NCBI GenBank assembly: GCA_029717555.1
Contig: JAMDHS010000119.1
Coordinates: 1 to 52,127, forward strand
Length of the DNA: 52,127 bases
From: Peribolospora baueri
Lineage: Eukaryota
Direction: 5' to 3'
A model generated the notes under the pieces. It made no database searches, was not told where the DNA came from, and worked only from the letters and a program-made list of their open reading frames with translations. Each line of letters opens with the position of its first letter. The first letter of the stretch is position 1. A program made the translations under genes and the position numbers. Positions 48,528 to 52,127 of this stretch are shown piece after piece.

Positions 48528-50751
48528 GTGTGCGTGGAGGGGCGTTGGCGGAGTGTTGGCGTCGGTAGGGCGAGGATGGAAGGGAGGTGGTGGTTGGGCA
48601 AGGGACTGGAAGGAGACGAGGAAGACGGAGGAGGGGCGAGGGCGGATGGGATGGGCGCGGGTGCGGGTGCGGGTGAGTGCGCGGGCGCGGGGTAAGGCGG
48701 GCCGGGGTCCGTGCTGGGGACGAGGAGGAGGGTGGAAGGCGAAGGCGAGGCGGATGGGATGTGCGAGAGGAGGTTCGAGACGGAGGTGTGGGTGTGGGGA
48801 GGAGGAGTGGCGGAGGAGGAGGAGGCGGCGGCGGCGGCGATCATGCGACGTGCGCTTAGGACGAGGCGGGGGGGGAAGGAGATGGAGGTGGTGGCGGATG
48901 GTAGACGAAGGCGATGGGGATAGGGATGGGTTAGGGTTAGGATGGGATATGGATGGGAATAGGATGAGGATGGCGACGGTGATGGCCAAGTGTCGACGCC
49001 GATGCCGAGTTGGGTCAGTCAATCAGTCAGTCGTCAGTCAGTCAGTAGAGGCGGACGAACGAACGCCGACTAACTGACGGACGACGGGCGAGACCCAGAC
49101 CACACCACACCAACCGCTCGGAGAAAAGCCGTCTTCGTCCGCTGATGGCCGCGCACAGGCGACTGCGGTCAAGGCTGGCGGCAAGCTGGCGGGCGGATAG
49201 ATAGAATAGAGTAGAATAGATAGTTAGCCGGAAGGGGGGGCACGATGGAGGGTTGGAGGGTGGATGGAGGGATAGCTGGGTGGCTGGATGGGTGGAGGAT
49301 GGGATGAAGATGTGGATGAACAGGGGTTGATGATGAAGGTCGAGATGGAGATCGAAGCGCACTGTCTCACTCCCTCGCCCTGAACGGGGCGGGCGAACCG
49401 AGCGAGCGAGGATATGACGGCGACGTGACGACGACAACGTCCGCCAGATTAACGCACAAGTCCTCGCTCTCGACTCCCTCTTCTCTCCTCCAGATGACCA
49501 TCATCGCTACTTACATACCACCACCGGCGTCCGAGGCAGACAGATAGGCAGACAGATGGACCGTTGCATCCGTCCGAACCGACCCTGTTCGATACCCCCA
49601 TTGGGTTCGAAAGGGAGAAAATACATGGAGATGGATGATGCGCACGATGAACGACAAGGCAGGCTCTCCGAGTCGCGATGAGACGCGACGACGGAGACAC
49701 CGCGGCCAATGGTCCACTGCTATGTCGTACGTCGGTCCGGTCTGCTCTACCGCTCCCTCCGGTACGTCTCTCGATGGGACGAGCTTGACGCGTAACCCGG
49801 ACAGACAGATGAACCACACATACATACGCGCGCTGACCTTGACCGGCGGCGTCGACCTTGACCGGCCGCCGACGCGACGCCGCCGCCGCCGCCGGTGTCT
49901 TGTCGCTTTCCCCTCGATCTCGATTCGATGGCCCGGCTCGGGCGGCCATAGTTGGCACAACTTCTCTCCAACCCTTTTGCGCCCGACCCGAGGAACCAAC
50001 CCGTCTTCCATGCAGAACATGTTCCTTCACGCGCTCCGCTCCGCTTACCTACCTACAGTATAGCATGTACACATCACTACCACACTTGTATACCGTGTAC
50101 ACTCACTATCACTACCGCACTGTTCTTAAGCCAACGTCCCCCGGGTCCTTGCTGGGTTTAAGCGCGACGGGTGACGGGCGAACGGCGCGCATACTGTTAA
50201 CATACATCCGAGTGACTGCATCGGCAGCGGATCGGAACCTTCGCGTGTCGGTTTTTCTTGTCTCTTCCTTTCTATTCTCTCCGCCAGCAACTATGCAGTT
50301 GGCTGTCCAAGCGCGACAGAGCATCCACGCACGTGCACGTGCAAATACGCCGCCGTCTCGATCTCTTGCCGCCTGTCTGCCTCTGCCTCTGTCTCCACGA
50401 CGGCATGGGGGAGGGAGAAGAGAAGAACCGCTTGCGAGTGAAACGACGTCATGGTGTCGATGGACGATGCGGTCAAGTAGATAAAGTACTTGTATAAATA
50501 CATGTCCGCTGTCTACACAGCACGTGCCGTACTCCAGAGACGGCGACGGAAGCGGTTAGCTTGGTGGATGCACGTGTGGACTTTGCCTTGGGGAGATATC
50601 CCCGCACCGCCTTGCGAATGCTGTTCAGCCTATGCGCGATAAAGGGGGCGTTCACCATCTCATCATCATCCTCATCTCGTCCTGTCACTTCCATATTCTT
50701 GCTCCGTCTTATCGAACCGGCGTTTGTAGCGATCTAGGAATTGTCCCCGGC

Positions 50752-52127
50752 ATGACCGCTGAGACCTTTGAGGCTGCTCCGACAAGGTGAGTCGAGTCGC
50801 TTACCTTTATGGGATGCGAATGTTGACGCTACGGTCTGCCATTCTACAGGATCGCCAAGCTACGACTGACAGGTTCGTACAGCAAAAGTGCACGTTCCGA
50901 TGTAACCTGTAGCAGAAGCTGACGATAATTGAGCGGGCACGCGTGTAGAGATTCGGCTCAACGGTATCCACCTCGTGGGCCTCAGGTTGAGGAACTATGT
51001 CGTTCTCGAACTAGCCGTCGACAACGAGCAAAGACAAATAACCGAAGCTAAGCGTCTCCAAGCCGAGGTCGTTTGGGAGAAAGTTTTCGAGTTGTGCGTG
51101 TCCTCTTATTGTCATAAATAATACCCTAGAGGCTCGGCTGCCGCCTTGTTGACCGACGCTTGCCTGTCCTCTTTTTTCCGGCCCGCTTTCTCCTAGCGCT
51201 TTGCGAGAGTCTTCTGCCATCACCATAAATGTTTTCCGAACGCGCTCTTCCCTGAATAGGATGCTCGCGCCAGGCGAGGCAGGTAAGCTTGTCGGCGGAA
51301 CTCGAATGGAGCTAGGAGACTTGCTTGGACAAGAGAACGCATTGGCCGGTAAGTCTGCCACTTCATTTCGTTCTATCTCTTCCTTTACTTGACCTTGCTG
51401 ACGTGCATGCGCTGTTGGGCATAGACGCAACTCGAACTTGTGAGCTGTGGAACGATAATAGAGTCGTCCCTGGAGCCCTAAGCCTCAAATTTGTCCTCGA
51501 GACCGTCAGAGACTCGGCCTTGCCCACCAAGATAGAGATGGACATCGTCACTGACCAAGTTCAGAAGGCTGACAATGGTCTAGCCCGGCTCGACCGACCC
51601 GGAGATCTTTCGAGTCCTTTCGCCGCTACGTCGAACGTTGTGGATAATGTTCAGTCCCTCGGAGCGAACGTACAGTCCGCTTACTTGAAGGCCGGTGATC
51701 TCGGCCAATGGATATCCCCTCTCGGCGAAGCGATGGGCTATCTCGATCAGGTGCTCAAGACAATCGAGGGCATCACACGCGTAGGTCAAGGGAGTCGGGC
51801 TCGGGCCGGTTCGTCTATGCTACGAGAGATGACCGATCATTCTCTCTCCATTCGTACCTTACCAGGTGCACCCCTATCTCGCGACGGCGTTCGCTGCTCT
51901 AACCGCTGGCTACAAGGTAGGAGCATGGCGACTGCTCAAGGCTTCAGGGAAAGGCATGGCTGGACGAACTACATGGCATGTTGTTTCCTATTTGTGGGAC
52001 CGTTAGGTTCTTAAACAACAGGTCGAGCAGGACAGCAATGTTCGAGATCTTGCAGTCACCATGAGGGATGCCCTTGCCTTTGCAAGAGAGGCGAGCGAGC
52101 TAAGGAAGATTGAAGGAACGTCTGATG
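50752..52127 (+). CDS. 5' part of a C2-like-domain protein with a helical domain typical of basidiomycete NACHT/NLR-like proteins (runs off the window)
   Basis: Spliced exons: YVVLELAVDNEQRQITEAK...VVWEKVFE|..ESSAITINVF...LVGGTRMELGDLL (C2-like), then LDQVLKTIEGITR|VHPYLATAFAALTAGYK|VLKQQVEQDSNVRDLAVTMRDALAF. The NTPase domain is not visible in the window. Confidence 0.65.

Noticed and set aside
50473..50694. 73-aa minus-strand ORF with an acidic patch
   Set aside because: Short, no recognisable domain, and it lies in the promoter region of the downstream gene.

Overview
This is GC-rich, intron-dense eukaryotic DNA, most consistent with a basidiomycete fungus (short GT-AG introns with CTRAC-like branch sites, many microexons). 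Because of splicing, most entries in the ORF track are exon fragments or shadow ORFs. Gene spans were reconstructed by hand, and gene ends are approximate where stated. About 13 recognisable cellular genes are present: a CYP7-clan-like P450, inositol monophosphatase, a ZC3H3/Red5-like CCCH protein, Nup53, GH115 alpha-glucuronidase, an ACC-synthase-like PLP aminotransferase, CRIPT, a PAP2 lipid phosphatase, a tetraspanin, Abp1, a questin-oxidase/HypA-like protein, Yar1 and a Flo8/SomA-like LisH factor. The window ends in the 5' part of a C2-domain protein that is probably NLR-like. Three accessory patches lie between these genes: (i) two deleted Ty3/Gypsy RT fragments fused tail-to-tail into a long hairpin (about 10.8-12.0 kb); (ii) a decayed TPR (CHAT-type) repeat fragment plus a frameshifted APH-like kinase (27-30 kb); (iii) a second frameshifted APH-like kinase, a frameshifted TK-like kinase and a divergent frameshifted uncharacterised gene (38.3-42.3 kb). 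The most notable observations are the retroelement hairpin with a shared deletion breakpoint, an array of phase-0 microexons each encoding one VVRPGMSP unit in the LisH factor, a duplicated N-terminal motif with its intron in the CCCH gene, and a 16-bp duplication that frameshifts GH115. I recognised no tRNA, rRNA or CRISPR features. No database searches were run.
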